This document shows, piece by piece, positions 54,558 to 62,518 of a stretch of 64,000 nt of DNA. The stretch's first letter is position 1, and each line of letters begins with the position of its first letter. The translations under genes were made by a program, and so were the position numbers. The DNA is taken from the IMG/VR virus record IMGVR_UViG_3300037424_002358, positions 1 to 64,000 of that record; one strand, 5' to 3'. A model generated the notes under the pieces. That model ran no database searches and was not told the origin of the DNA. It saw only the letters and a program-made list of their open reading frames with translations. This stretch comes from a virus.

Positions 54558-55078
54558 TTTGCCTCCTTGAGCGTCCACACCCGCATCCACAACGTGTCGC
54601 CCATCAACTGCTGGAGTTCTCGGATCGGAAGGAGCGCATCGTAGCGCACCTGCCAGCACGGGACGGGCGCATTGGGGTTCCAGTAGGGCGAGTCAGGAAC
54701 GACAACCAAGTCCTTCCTGATCCAGCCCCGGATGGCATACCGTGGCATCTCTCCCGAGACCCCAACGTAGGCATCGCACTTCCTGCCAGGGGGACGAATG
54801 GAAAAGCGGTCGCTGTTGCCCAACTTCACGTCAATCAGCCAACCGTGCCCGTTCAAGTCCTGCCCGATGGAACGCAAGAGCATGAAGGACAGGTCCGGCC
54901 ATAGGTTCAGGTACTTGGCGACGGCGAACTCGGCACCGACGCTGTTTATCGCGTTGACCAGCGGATCGCGCCTCGTGACGATCCGGTCCTTGACGTGCGC
55001 CTCGCGATCCTTCTTATCGCGCTGCCGCGCGATATGGGTGGCGATGGAGCGCTCTTCCGGCGTGAGGGGGACAATCAC
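54554..55078 (-). CDS. PD-(D/E)XK-like phage protein
   Basis: GAEFAVAKYL...QDL...IDVK...IRGWI. Confidence 0.6.
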   Translation of the reverse strand: MIVPLTPEERSIATHIARQRDKKDREAHVKDRIVTRRDPLVNAINSVGAEFAVAKYLNLWPDLSFMLLRSIGQDLNGHGWLIDVKLGNSDRFSIRPPGRKCDAYVGVSGEMPRYAIRGWIRKDLVVVPDSPYWNPNAPVPCWQVRYDALLPIRELQQLMGDTLWMRVWTLKEAK

Positions 55079-55130
55079 GCGGAGGTTCCCCTGTAGGCGG
55101 GGGGAGGAGCACCGAAGAGGAACTGTTGGG

Positions 55131-55793
55131 TCACGCGTTCCGCCAATGGGCTGACTTCAAGCCACGATACTTATTCCGATCACTCATGTATCTTCGGAAC
55201 TCATCGCCTGTCATGTTGCCTTTGACGACGTTGCAATTGGCGCAGGACGCTACCGTATTGTCGGGCTTATCTGACCCCCCACGGCTTGTAGGGATCACGT
55301 GGTCGACATGCCAACCGTCAACAAAGGTCAGCGGCTCATGACAGTACGCGCACTGACCATCGGAACGAGCGTAGCACGTGAGACGCCTAAGAAAGACTCG
55401 CGTATTGTCCACCTGACCGGGCCAGTCCTTAGTCACAATCGTTCGCATCAGGAGGCGTTCTGCACGCGCTTCCGCCTTCCGCTTTTTCTCATGGGCCTCA
55501 CGACGCTCTTGTATGGTTCGTTGGTGGCCACCCCAAAGTCTAGCGACGAGCGCGTCAATATCATCTGCGCTTTGCGCGTATATGAAGAACCAATCGTGGT
55601 AGTTATTTTGGGCCAACGACCACCGGATGAGACGTTCTACTCGGGCAATGGCCCTCGCCGCCACCAACATCCAGTCCTCGGGCAGTTCGGATAGGCGACC
55701 GGGTTCTACGACTACTTCTGTGCGCGGCTCACCATCCTCTATTCTCACGCCGAGTGCGATCCCCGGAAGGATAGCCGTGCTCCATTCGCGCAT
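55131..55793 (-). CDS. HNH endonuclease
   Basis: CAYC...HVDHVIPTSRGGSDKPDNTVASCANCNVVKG. Confidence 0.9.
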   Translation of the reverse strand: MREWSTAILPGIALGVRIEDGEPRTEVVVEPGRLSELPEDWMLVAARAIARVERLIRWSLAQNNYHDWFFIYAQSADDIDALVARLWGGHQRTIQERREAHEKKRKAEARAERLLMRTIVTKDWPGQVDNTRVFLRRLTCYARSDGQCAYCHEPLTFVDGWHVDHVIPTSRGGSDKPDNTVASCANCNVVKGNMTGDEFRRYMSDRNKYRGLKSAHWRNA

Positions 55794-55800
55794 AATTTGC

Positions 55801-55830
55801 ATTGTACCTTATACGGTACTAGGCTGTCAA
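55801..55830 (-). promoter_or_regulatory. sigma70-type promoter with TACC-N6-GGTA operator
   Basis: TTGACA-18-TACAAT; taccttatacggta at 55805-55818. Confidence 0.85.
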
Positions 55831-55842
55831 GCCCCCGTGGGG

Positions 55843-56565
55843 CTACTCCCCCGCCCACTCCGGTAACGGATTCAGCGGCCCGGCGAACGTGAGCGGATGA
55901 GCCATCGCGGGGATGAAGCCGCTCTCGCGGTAGAAGGTGACCTTGCGATCAACCCGCGCCGGATCATCCCAGGAGTAATGCAGGAGGCACAGTGGGGGGA
56001 GGATGTCCAGCACCCGGTGGCTCAGGTGGACGTCGCCGAGGACGGTGTCGCCGACCCGGAAGTCGTAGGCGGGCGGCTTATCTACCGTCCAGAAGTCCAG
56101 CGGTCCCCGCCACGCCCAAAGGCTCGGCTCCCACCGCTCGTGCGCCGGCTCCGGCTTCGCCATGTGCGGGAAATGCTGGTCGGTCCCCCACAGGTAGAGC
56201 CGCACGGCCAGGGCGAAGTCGGCGTCGGTCCCCTCGAGCAGATCGCGGCCCGCCTCCCGTAGCAGTCGGTTGGGGCGGCAGTCGCAGTCGTCGTACACAA
56301 TCCAGTCGGGGGCAAGTTCGTTGGCGCAGGCGATGAGGTGGTTGGCGTGGCCGGAGTCGTTGTTGCGCCAGAGGCCGTTAGCGAGTTGCACACGCTCGCC
56401 GAATGGACGAAGCAACACGTTGGGGAAGCGCGAGGCAATGGAAATCGTGTCGTCCAGACTCCCCCCGTCCGAGACGATGACCTGGTCGGCCCACCGATAG
56501 GACTCGCAGAACGGGCCGATCCTGCGGGACTCGTCGCGGGTGCGGACGATGACGACGATCTTCAT
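55843..56565 (-). CDS. GT2 family glycosyltransferase
   Basis: VIVRTRDE, VSDGGSLDDT, WIVYDDCD, LLHY. Confidence 0.85.
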   Translation of the reverse strand: MKIVVIVRTRDESRRIGPFCESYRWADQVIVSDGGSLDDTISIASRFPNVLLRPFGERVQLANGLWRNNDSGHANHLIACANELAPDWIVYDDCDCRPNRLLREAGRDLLEGTDADFALAVRLYLWGTDQHFPHMAKPEPAHERWEPSLWAWRGPLDFWTVDKPPAYDFRVGDTVLGDVHLSHRVLDILPPLCLLHYSWDDPARVDRKVTFYRESGFIPAMAHPLTFAGPLNPLPEWAGE

Positions 56566-56650
56566 AGGGGAAACGCCTCCCCGCCGCTCGGGCGGTCTGA
56601 TTACCGGCCAAACGTCAAGGGACGGAGCCACGGACGGCGAAGCGCAATGC

Positions 56651-56884
56651 TCACGGCAGGGGCAGGCTCTCCCTGAGCGACTGCGCCGCCCGTAGCAGGC
56701 AGGCGGCGCAGTCGGGGTTGTAGGCGACGAGGTCCCTCAGGAAGTTGGCGGCATCGTCGACCGCCTCGTTGTAGACGAACCGGATGCGCTCCCGGCTCTC
56801 CATCGCGGCCGTCCGCGTCTCCAACACCTGAACGATCATCGCACCGGACGCAACCTTATCTTGAGCGGGAATATGGTCAGCCAT
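56651..56884 (-). CDS. hypothetical protein
   Basis: GAGG RBS; short ORF filling the gap. Confidence 0.5.
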   Translation of the reverse strand: MADHIPAQDKVASGAMIVQVLETRTAAMESRERIRFVYNEAVDDAANFLRDLVAYNPDCAACLLRAAQSLRESLPLP

Positions 56885-56978
56885 CGTTGCCTCGGGGGGA
56901 AAGTTCCAGGGCCGACACGCCGAGCCGGCCCTGGATGGCCTTGGAGGAGAACCACGCCGCCCCCAATTCTACGTCAAA

Positions 56979-57710
56979 TCACCTCGGGCAAGCCAGGCAG
57001 TGCGGGTGCCACGCCCGGCCACCGGGCTGCGCCAGCCGGGCCTGGATCGCGGCGTGGACGCCGTTCCAATGCTCGGCCAGAGGAACCTCGGGGAAGGTCC
57101 CGAGGTTGAAAATCCCGATCATGTCGTCGCAGCAGAGGAGGTACTGCCGCCGGTGGTTGATGATGAGCCGCATTGCCGGCTCGATGCACGGGTGGCCCGC
57201 GTGGGCCTTCGCCAGGGCGACGACGTCGAACTTGGGCGAGAAGTGGGTCGGGATGTGCTCCGACATGGTGATGATCTGCGCCTCGGTATGGTGGAAGAGG
57301 GTGCGCATCCAGGCCGCCCGTTCGCTCTTCATCGGCTCGTCCATGTAGAGCGTGATGATAATCCGGTCGAGGACCGGATCGAGCGCCGCCGCCAGTTCGG
57401 GCGTCAGGTAGTCACCGTTCGTGTTGAAACCGACGCGTTTGAACTTCCCGTGGCGCCGGACCTCGGCCGCGATCTCGACGATCCGCTCGTCCATGAGCGG
57501 CTCGTTGTAGTGTGACAGCCACACGCCGCCCGAGAAGCCCATGCGGACGGCCTGGTCGAGTGCCTCGCCGATCACGTCCACCTCGAGGTAGTGCGGCTCG
57601 AACCACGAGGCCACGGCCTCGCGGTCAGGGATCGAGTTGCGCAGGCAGGTCGGGCAGCGGCGGTTGCACGACGAGACAGTTTCTAGGTCAAGAAATTGGA
57701 ACAGGCTCAC
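56979..57710 (-). CDS. radical SAM protein with SPASM/twitch domain
   Basis: CNRRCPTC, YNEPLMD, NTNG, C-terminal C...LCCDD...CLAC. Confidence 0.9.
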   Translation of the reverse strand: MSLFQFLDLETVSSCNRRCPTCLRNSIPDREAVASWFEPHYLEVDVIGEALDQAVRMGFSGGVWLSHYNEPLMDERIVEIAAEVRRHGKFKRVGFNTNGDYLTPELAAALDPVLDRIIITLYMDEPMKSERAAWMRTLFHHTEAQIITMSEHIPTHFSPKFDVVALAKAHAGHPCIEPAMRLIINHRRQYLLCCDDMIGIFNLGTFPEVPLAEHWNGVHAAIQARLAQPGGRAWHPHCLACPR

Positions 57711-57916
57711 CGCTCAGCCCGCTTGGCCCGCTTCCGCCGCAGGTAATTGAGCCGGCGGCGGCAGATGCTCCGCCGGTGGTCGCATTCGCCCGTCACGTAG
57801 CATTTGCACTTCGGGCACCAGCGCCAGATCGCGCCGTTCACGTGTTCGCCCCTCCGGGGGTAGCGGTGGATGTGGCCCCAGGGAGCAGCCTCGGAGGCGA
57901 TCCGATAGGAGGTCAC
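57707..57916 (-). CDS. small basic Cys-rich protein
   Basis: CPKCKC...C...C; coupled. Confidence 0.5.
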   Translation of the reverse strand: MTSYRIASEAAPWGHIHRYPRRGEHVNGAIWRWCPKCKCYVTGECDHRRSICRRRLNYLRRKRAKRAER

Positions 57917-57918
57917 GT

Positions 57919-59349
57919 CTAGTTGCCTGGGCCGATCCACCCGGAGGGGACAGCGCCGGGACTGGTCTCCAAGCACACCTGCCCGGCGCAGAAGTAGACA
58001 TCCCGTTCCGGCTGTGCGGCCGGCGTGAACTGATTGATCTTGTCGTCGATGAGGATGTCCCCGTAGACCCCCACGAACATGCCGACCATCTTGATGGGGT
58101 GGCAATCCAGGCCCGGCTCAGTACAGTCCGCGTTCCGTTGGCCGAAGCGCGTGGTGAAGCCATCAGCCGTGATACGTCCGGGTCGCGGGTCGGTATCGAA
58201 GCCGGCTAGGTTGTCCCATGCGCTCGGAATGGTCCCGGCTACCTCGTGGACGTTGGCCGTGCTGTTGTTGTATCGACACTGCGTCGGGTTGTAGTCCACC
58301 CCGCCGTTGTACGAGCAGACAAATGGCCAGGTGAACGGATGGACGAGGTCCCGGCTGTCCAGCACTTGGTATCCGTCCCGCACCCGGAACAGCAGGCGGA
58401 AGATGGACGAGGTCTGCGGTCTGGCCCCTGAGCCGGTCCGCTTCCCCGTTACCGTGCTGTTGACGTTGGCGTTGTGCGACAGGATGAACGGGATATCAGG
58501 ACGGCAGCCTGGAATGCCGGTGTAGGCGCAGTCCGCCGACCAGTAAGGTCCCCTCGGCGTGTCATACGAGGGCAGGAAGGTGTTGGGATAGGGCAGCAAC
58601 GTGCCTTGGTAGGGTGATACTCGTTGGCCGTACTCCTGCAATTGGTTCGTGAACAGGTAGCCGCAGTCGCTTGGGCTGGCCGGGTTACACACCTTCAGGA
58701 GCGCCACGCTGGAATGGATCGACCCCTCGAGTTCCATCCGGGCGTCTCCGAAGTCATGGAACTGGATGGCCGCCGCCTCCACGCAGTAGGTCGCTCCCTC
58801 GAAGCCCGCCTGGCACGGTCCGGGGACATCCAGCACCACGTCCCACTTGAAGCCGCCGTGCTTCATCGTGTTCTCGATGGGACTGGACGGGTTCGTATGT
58901 CCTACGCCCACGCCGCCGATGAGCGCCCGCAGGTCGAAGCCGGGGAAGGCCGCAAGCCTGTCCGCTGTGAACGGGTTGTCGCCGTGCTCATGGTCGTAGT
59001 GGCAGCCGCGCACTCCGTCCCAAAGCGTGTGGAAGATGCTCGTGTCGTGGACGCCGTTCGAGTCCGGGCATAGCGGCGCTCCGGGGTACGCTACCACGCC
59101 CCCCGGGGGCACCGTTGGGACGCCCGCCGTTGGCGATGCGGTCAGCGTGGCGGTCGCCGTCGCCGATACCGCTACGGTCGGCGTAGGGGTTCGTGTGGTC
59201 GTCGGTGTAAGCGTAGTCGTCGTTGGCGTGCGCGTCGTCTTCCCTTTGAGCGTCGCTGTCGGCGTTGGCTTTACTTCGTCTTTGCTGGCCATCAGCGACA
59301 GAACAACCACCACCCCTAACAACGCACCTATCAGCGTCAGTTTTCTCAT
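57919..59349 (-). CDS. secreted Thr/Pro-rich, Cys/His-rich protein
   Basis: signal anchor MRKLTLIGALLG..., long PT stalk, GCHYDHEHGD domain. Confidence 0.8.
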   Translation of the reverse strand: MRKLTLIGALLGVVVVLSLMASKDEVKPTPTATLKGKTTRTPTTTTLTPTTTRTPTPTVAVSATATATLTASPTAGVPTVPPGGVVAYPGAPLCPDSNGVHDTSIFHTLWDGVRGCHYDHEHGDNPFTADRLAAFPGFDLRALIGGVGVGHTNPSSPIENTMKHGGFKWDVVLDVPGPCQAGFEGATYCVEAAAIQFHDFGDARMELEGSIHSSVALLKVCNPASPSDCGYLFTNQLQEYGQRVSPYQGTLLPYPNTFLPSYDTPRGPYWSADCAYTGIPGCRPDIPFILSHNANVNSTVTGKRTGSGARPQTSSIFRLLFRVRDGYQVLDSRDLVHPFTWPFVCSYNGGVDYNPTQCRYNNSTANVHEVAGTIPSAWDNLAGFDTDPRPGRITADGFTTRFGQRNADCTEPGLDCHPIKMVGMFVGVYGDILIDDKINQFTPAAQPERDVYFCAGQVCLETSPGAVPSGWIGPGN

Positions 59350-59374
59350 CACATCACCTCGATTGGCCCCTGCG

Positions 59375-60685
59375 TCACGGCAGGATGCCCTCGGCTCGCA
59401 GGAGCGCGTCCGTTTCCTTCCAGAAGGCGTCAATCTCCTCCCGGCTGAGGCCGGACGTGCTGACGAAGGCGCCATGCGGCAGCCCCGGATCACCCCGGAA
59501 GAAGAACTCCTCGGGCACTTCCTGCTCCAACTTGATGTCGTAGTCCTCCATGTGCGTCACGAGTGGCGTGCCAGGGAATGGGATCAGGCGGTCGAAGCCG
59601 GCCCGCTCAGGTCGATGTTTGAGAATCCAGTCGCGGGTGCGCTCCATGCTCTCGCGCGTCTCGCCCGGCAGGCCGAGGATGAAGGACATCTTGAGCGTGA
59701 TCCCGAGTTCCTTGCACCAGCGCAGCACGTCCTCGTCCTGCTCGATGGTCGTGCCCTTGTGGATGTTTGCCTTGATCCGGTTGTCGGCGCTCTCGACGCC
59801 GACGAAGCACTCGATCAGCCCGCCTTCGCGCAAACGCTCCATGTACTCCCGCCCGCCGTACTTGGCGATGATGTCGGAGCGCAGGAAGCAGCGGTAGACT
59901 AGGCCCCCATACTTCCGGTGCAGGTCCAGCAGCGCCAGCGTCCGCGGTCGGTTCAGCGGCATGATGTCGTCGTAGTAGGCTAACCCGGTGAAGCCCATCT
60001 CGACGATCTCGCGTATCTGCTGTTCGACGGAGTCGACGGACTCATAGCGCACGCGGTCGCCCCAGATGACGCCGTGCCGGCCACTCTCACAGAACGCGCA
60101 GGCCATGGGGCATCCGCGAGTCGTGAAGAGCGAGGCCATCCGGTGCTTGAAGCCGACACGGTCAGCCATGTACGAGTGATAAGCGAGGTTCCAGCGGCGG
60201 ATGGGGGGTAGCACCCAGTCCAGATCGCGGCGGAGCATCGGCATGAACAGTCGATCGCCGGACGCCTGTGCCAGTTCGAGGGTCCTGGCGACCGTGTCCG
60301 GGTGGTCGCCCTCGCCAGCGACAACCAGGTCGAAGGGGCGCCCGGAGCCGTCCGCTCCTACGGCCAGCGCAGCCGAGGGGTTCGCCCAGGGGGCGGCACC
60401 ACCGAACACGGTCCGAGACTTGGTCCACCCGTCCATTGCTCGGGCGATCCGCCGCACCTCGAACATCTGCGGCGAGGTGGCCGACAGCCACACCTGGTGG
60501 AAATCCCCGTCTTCCATCGGCAGCCGGTGGCCATCCCACTTCGGACTGGTCAGCGACATGTCGAAGAACTCGACCTCGTGCCCCTGCGCCTCGAGTTGGG
60601 CGGCGATATACCACAGCCCCAGCGGGGGCCAGACCATGGGGTCGGTGAGGAACGTGGACGGGGGGAACAGGAGGGCGACGCGCAT
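59375..60685 (-). CDS. cobalamin-binding radical SAM protein (class B methyltransferase-like)
   Basis: PPLGLWYIAA, VFGG, GEG, TTRGCPMACAFC, GVES, FILGLPGET, PFPGT. Confidence 0.92.
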   Translation of the reverse strand: MRVALLFPPSTFLTDPMVWPPLGLWYIAAQLEAQGHEVEFFDMSLTSPKWDGHRLPMEDGDFHQVWLSATSPQMFEVRRIARAMDGWTKSRTVFGGAAPWANPSAALAVGADGSGRPFDLVVAGEGDHPDTVARTLELAQASGDRLFMPMLRRDLDWVLPPIRRWNLAYHSYMADRVGFKHRMASLFTTRGCPMACAFCESGRHGVIWGDRVRYESVDSVEQQIREIVEMGFTGLAYYDDIMPLNRPRTLALLDLHRKYGGLVYRCFLRSDIIAKYGGREYMERLREGGLIECFVGVESADNRIKANIHKGTTIEQDEDVLRWCKELGITLKMSFILGLPGETRESMERTRDWILKHRPERAGFDRLIPFPGTPLVTHMEDYDIKLEQEVPEEFFFRGDPGLPHGAFVSTSGLSREEIDAFWKETDALLRAEGILP

Positions 60686-60921
60686 TAGTGCGAAGAGTCT
60701 AGCAGAAATTCCGTTGCGCGGAGGCATCTTACGCGCCCGGAATGACCACGGGCCCGTGTGCAATCACAGGCCCGTGCGCGTTCTCGCCCCGTTTGCCTTC
60801 CCGCTAGGGCTTGGTCGAATTCAACGACCACCGTGTAGGACGCCGCTTTCGCCAGCGCGTCGCCCGTGGGGCCGGGGCAGCCGCGAGGAGGCTCCTCAGC
60901 CAGCGAGTCTACCACAAAGGC

Positions 60922-60955
60922 GCAGGCCCCGACGCGTGGGGAGGTCGGGGCCTGC
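60922..60955 (-). terminator. intrinsic terminator-like hairpin
   Basis: gcaggccccgac / gtcggggcctgc 12-bp stem. Confidence 0.65.
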
Positions 60956-60989
60956 TATGCGTTCACTCCGCCGGGGGCGGGTGGTGAGC

Positions 60990-61313
60990 CTATTGTACTG
61001 AGTCCTGGGCCACCTGCAAGCGCTTCGCTAGGTCCATGACCACCTGGGCGTCAGCCCGGTTCAGCAGTTGCATGCTTAAGAAGCACGGCATGCCGTTGAT
61101 GCCCCGCGGCCCCGACTTGTCGACGTACTCGAAGATCAGCCCGAGGTCCGACCCTTGCAGTTCCGCGATCTGCGATGGCTTCATGAGCGCGAGCGGCATG
61201 AAGGCCAGCCGGAGATCGTCGGCCCGGCAATGATGGTCGGTGAACAACTTTCCGGCGAGCCAGTCAAGCGCCAGTTGCCGCAGTTCCTCCCGCGTTCGTG
61301 ACGAGATCGACAT
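60990..61313 (-). CDS. hypothetical phage protein
   Basis: FMPLALM...IFEYVDKSGPRGINGMPCFLS. Confidence 0.65.
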   Translation of the reverse strand: MSISSRTREELRQLALDWLAGKLFTDHHCRADDLRLAFMPLALMKPSQIAELQGSDLGLIFEYVDKSGPRGINGMPCFLSMQLLNRADAQVVMDLAKRLQVAQDSVQ

Positions 61314-61980
61314 CGGAGCCTTCGCTGGTCGCGGCTTCCCCGACCTGGGGCGCCCCCGCGCTTTCGCTGGACGGCGGTTCTTCGGCAACGGGTACCTCCT
61401 TGCCTTCGTACTTCGGGCGCCATGCTTTGTCGGGCCGATCATAGTGCATCGGCATGATGAGGACGTAGGGACCGCCGTCAACGCCAGAGCAAAGTTCAAT
61501 CGGTGCCCATCCCTCTTCCTGCTCGGCTTCGCCGATGGCCCGCTTCCCATAGAAGCGGAGAAGCACGGCGCTATGTCCCGTCCTCCAACCTTTCGGTGCC
61601 ATCTCAATGAACGCGTTGAGCGCGTCCCGCAGGAAGACGGGGTTGAGCGCGATGATGGCCGACGGTTCGTCGTGGGGGAGGATGGAAGAGAAGTCCGGGA
61701 ACTTCTTGATGTGCTCCTCCTCCTCGAGGATCAGCGGCCCCTTGCTCGTCGGTGGGATGAAGATCGGCCTGACGTAGCGCGCGTCCGGCCACCCGTCGGG
61801 TGCCTCGACCGCCTGTAGGCGGACGCCGTCGCAGGCCACCAGCGCGTCGCCATGGCGGGCGATGACACCTAAGTCGTGCCGGTCCGGCGCGGTGCCCTTC
61901 GCCAGCCAGCGCGCGATCTTCAGGACCTCGGCTGGCGGGTGCCAAATGGTAAAGCGGCGGGGGAACGTGTCATCTTCCAT
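61264..61980 (-). CDS. truncated beta sliding-clamp-like protein
   Basis: LVACDGVRL, KFPDFSSILP, IALNPVFLRDAL, VLIMPM. Confidence 0.65.
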   Translation of the reverse strand: MEDDTFPRRFTIWHPPAEVLKIARWLAKGTAPDRHDLGVIARHGDALVACDGVRLQAVEAPDGWPDARYVRPIFIPPTSKGPLILEEEEHIKKFPDFSSILPHDEPSAIIALNPVFLRDALNAFIEMAPKGWRTGHSAVLLRFYGKRAIGEAEQEEGWAPIELCSGVDGGPYVLIMPMHYDRPDKAWRPKYEGKEVPVAEEPPSSESAGAPQVGEAATSEGSDVDLVTNAGGTAATGA

Positions 61981-62002
61981 TGATCTGCCTCCGAATGAAG
62001 AT

Positions 62003-62206
62003 TCAGGCTGGCTTCGATGGCTCGGACTCCAAAGTGTAGAAGCGGTAATCCTCCCGTCGCGGCAGGTCAGCATGGGCGAGGAAGAAGTCGCTCACCCGTT
62101 CGACGATCTCGGAGTGCGACGGCAGTCGTTCCTCCCGGAACGAGAACGAGGCTATAGGTTCCCCGTCCTCACGGCAAAGCGTCAGAAGATAATCGCGAGC
62201 GGTCAC
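62003..62206 (-). CDS. hypothetical protein
   Basis: AGGAGGT RBS, GTG start. Confidence 0.6.
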   Translation of the reverse strand: MTARDYLLTLCREDGEPIASFSFREERLPSHSEIVERVSDFFLAHADLPRREDYRFYTLESEPSKPA

Positions 62207-62283
62207 GGTGACCTCCTTCGCCCGGACGGAAGCAGGCCGACGGCTTTGCGGCTCCGTCGGCCTGTTGGCTCCGATTGGAAATG

Positions 62284-62454
62284 CTATTCGCTAGGTTCCT
62301 CGCTCACCCGCGGCCGAATGACGGCGACCACGTCGCCCTCGTCCGTCGGGATCGGCGGCAAGACGGGGATTTCACGTTCATACGAGCGGTCAGCGCCCTC
62401 GGCCTCTACGACCGCCTGACGCAAGCGCTCCCGAGTTTCATCGGTTACGGGCAT
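62284..62454 (-). CDS. small acidic protein (56 aa)
   Basis: GGAGGT RBS; first gene after the promoter; MPVTDETRERLRQ... Confidence 0.6.
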   Translation of the reverse strand: MPVTDETRERLRQAVVEAEGADRSYEREIPVLPPIPTDEGDVVAVIRPRVSEEPSE

Positions 62455-62489
62455 GCGGACCTCCCTGTCGCCCGCGGGCGAGCAGGACC

Positions 62490-62518
62490 AGTATATACCG
62501 CCTGCGGTACCATGTCAA
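62490..62518 (-). promoter_or_regulatory. sigma70-type promoter with TACC-N6-GGTA operator
   Basis: TTGACA-17-TATACT; taccgcctgcggta at 62496-62509. Confidence 0.9.

Noticed and set aside
56585-56620. Possible further operator-promoter (TTGACG...CCGGTA) upstream of the GT2 gene
   Set aside because: Only a half-site and no -10 at the proper spacing
56900-56940. Hairpin ccagggccg/cggccctgg considered as a tRNA fragment
   Set aside because: Single GC-rich stem with no T-loop or acceptor stem; at most a terminator-like element
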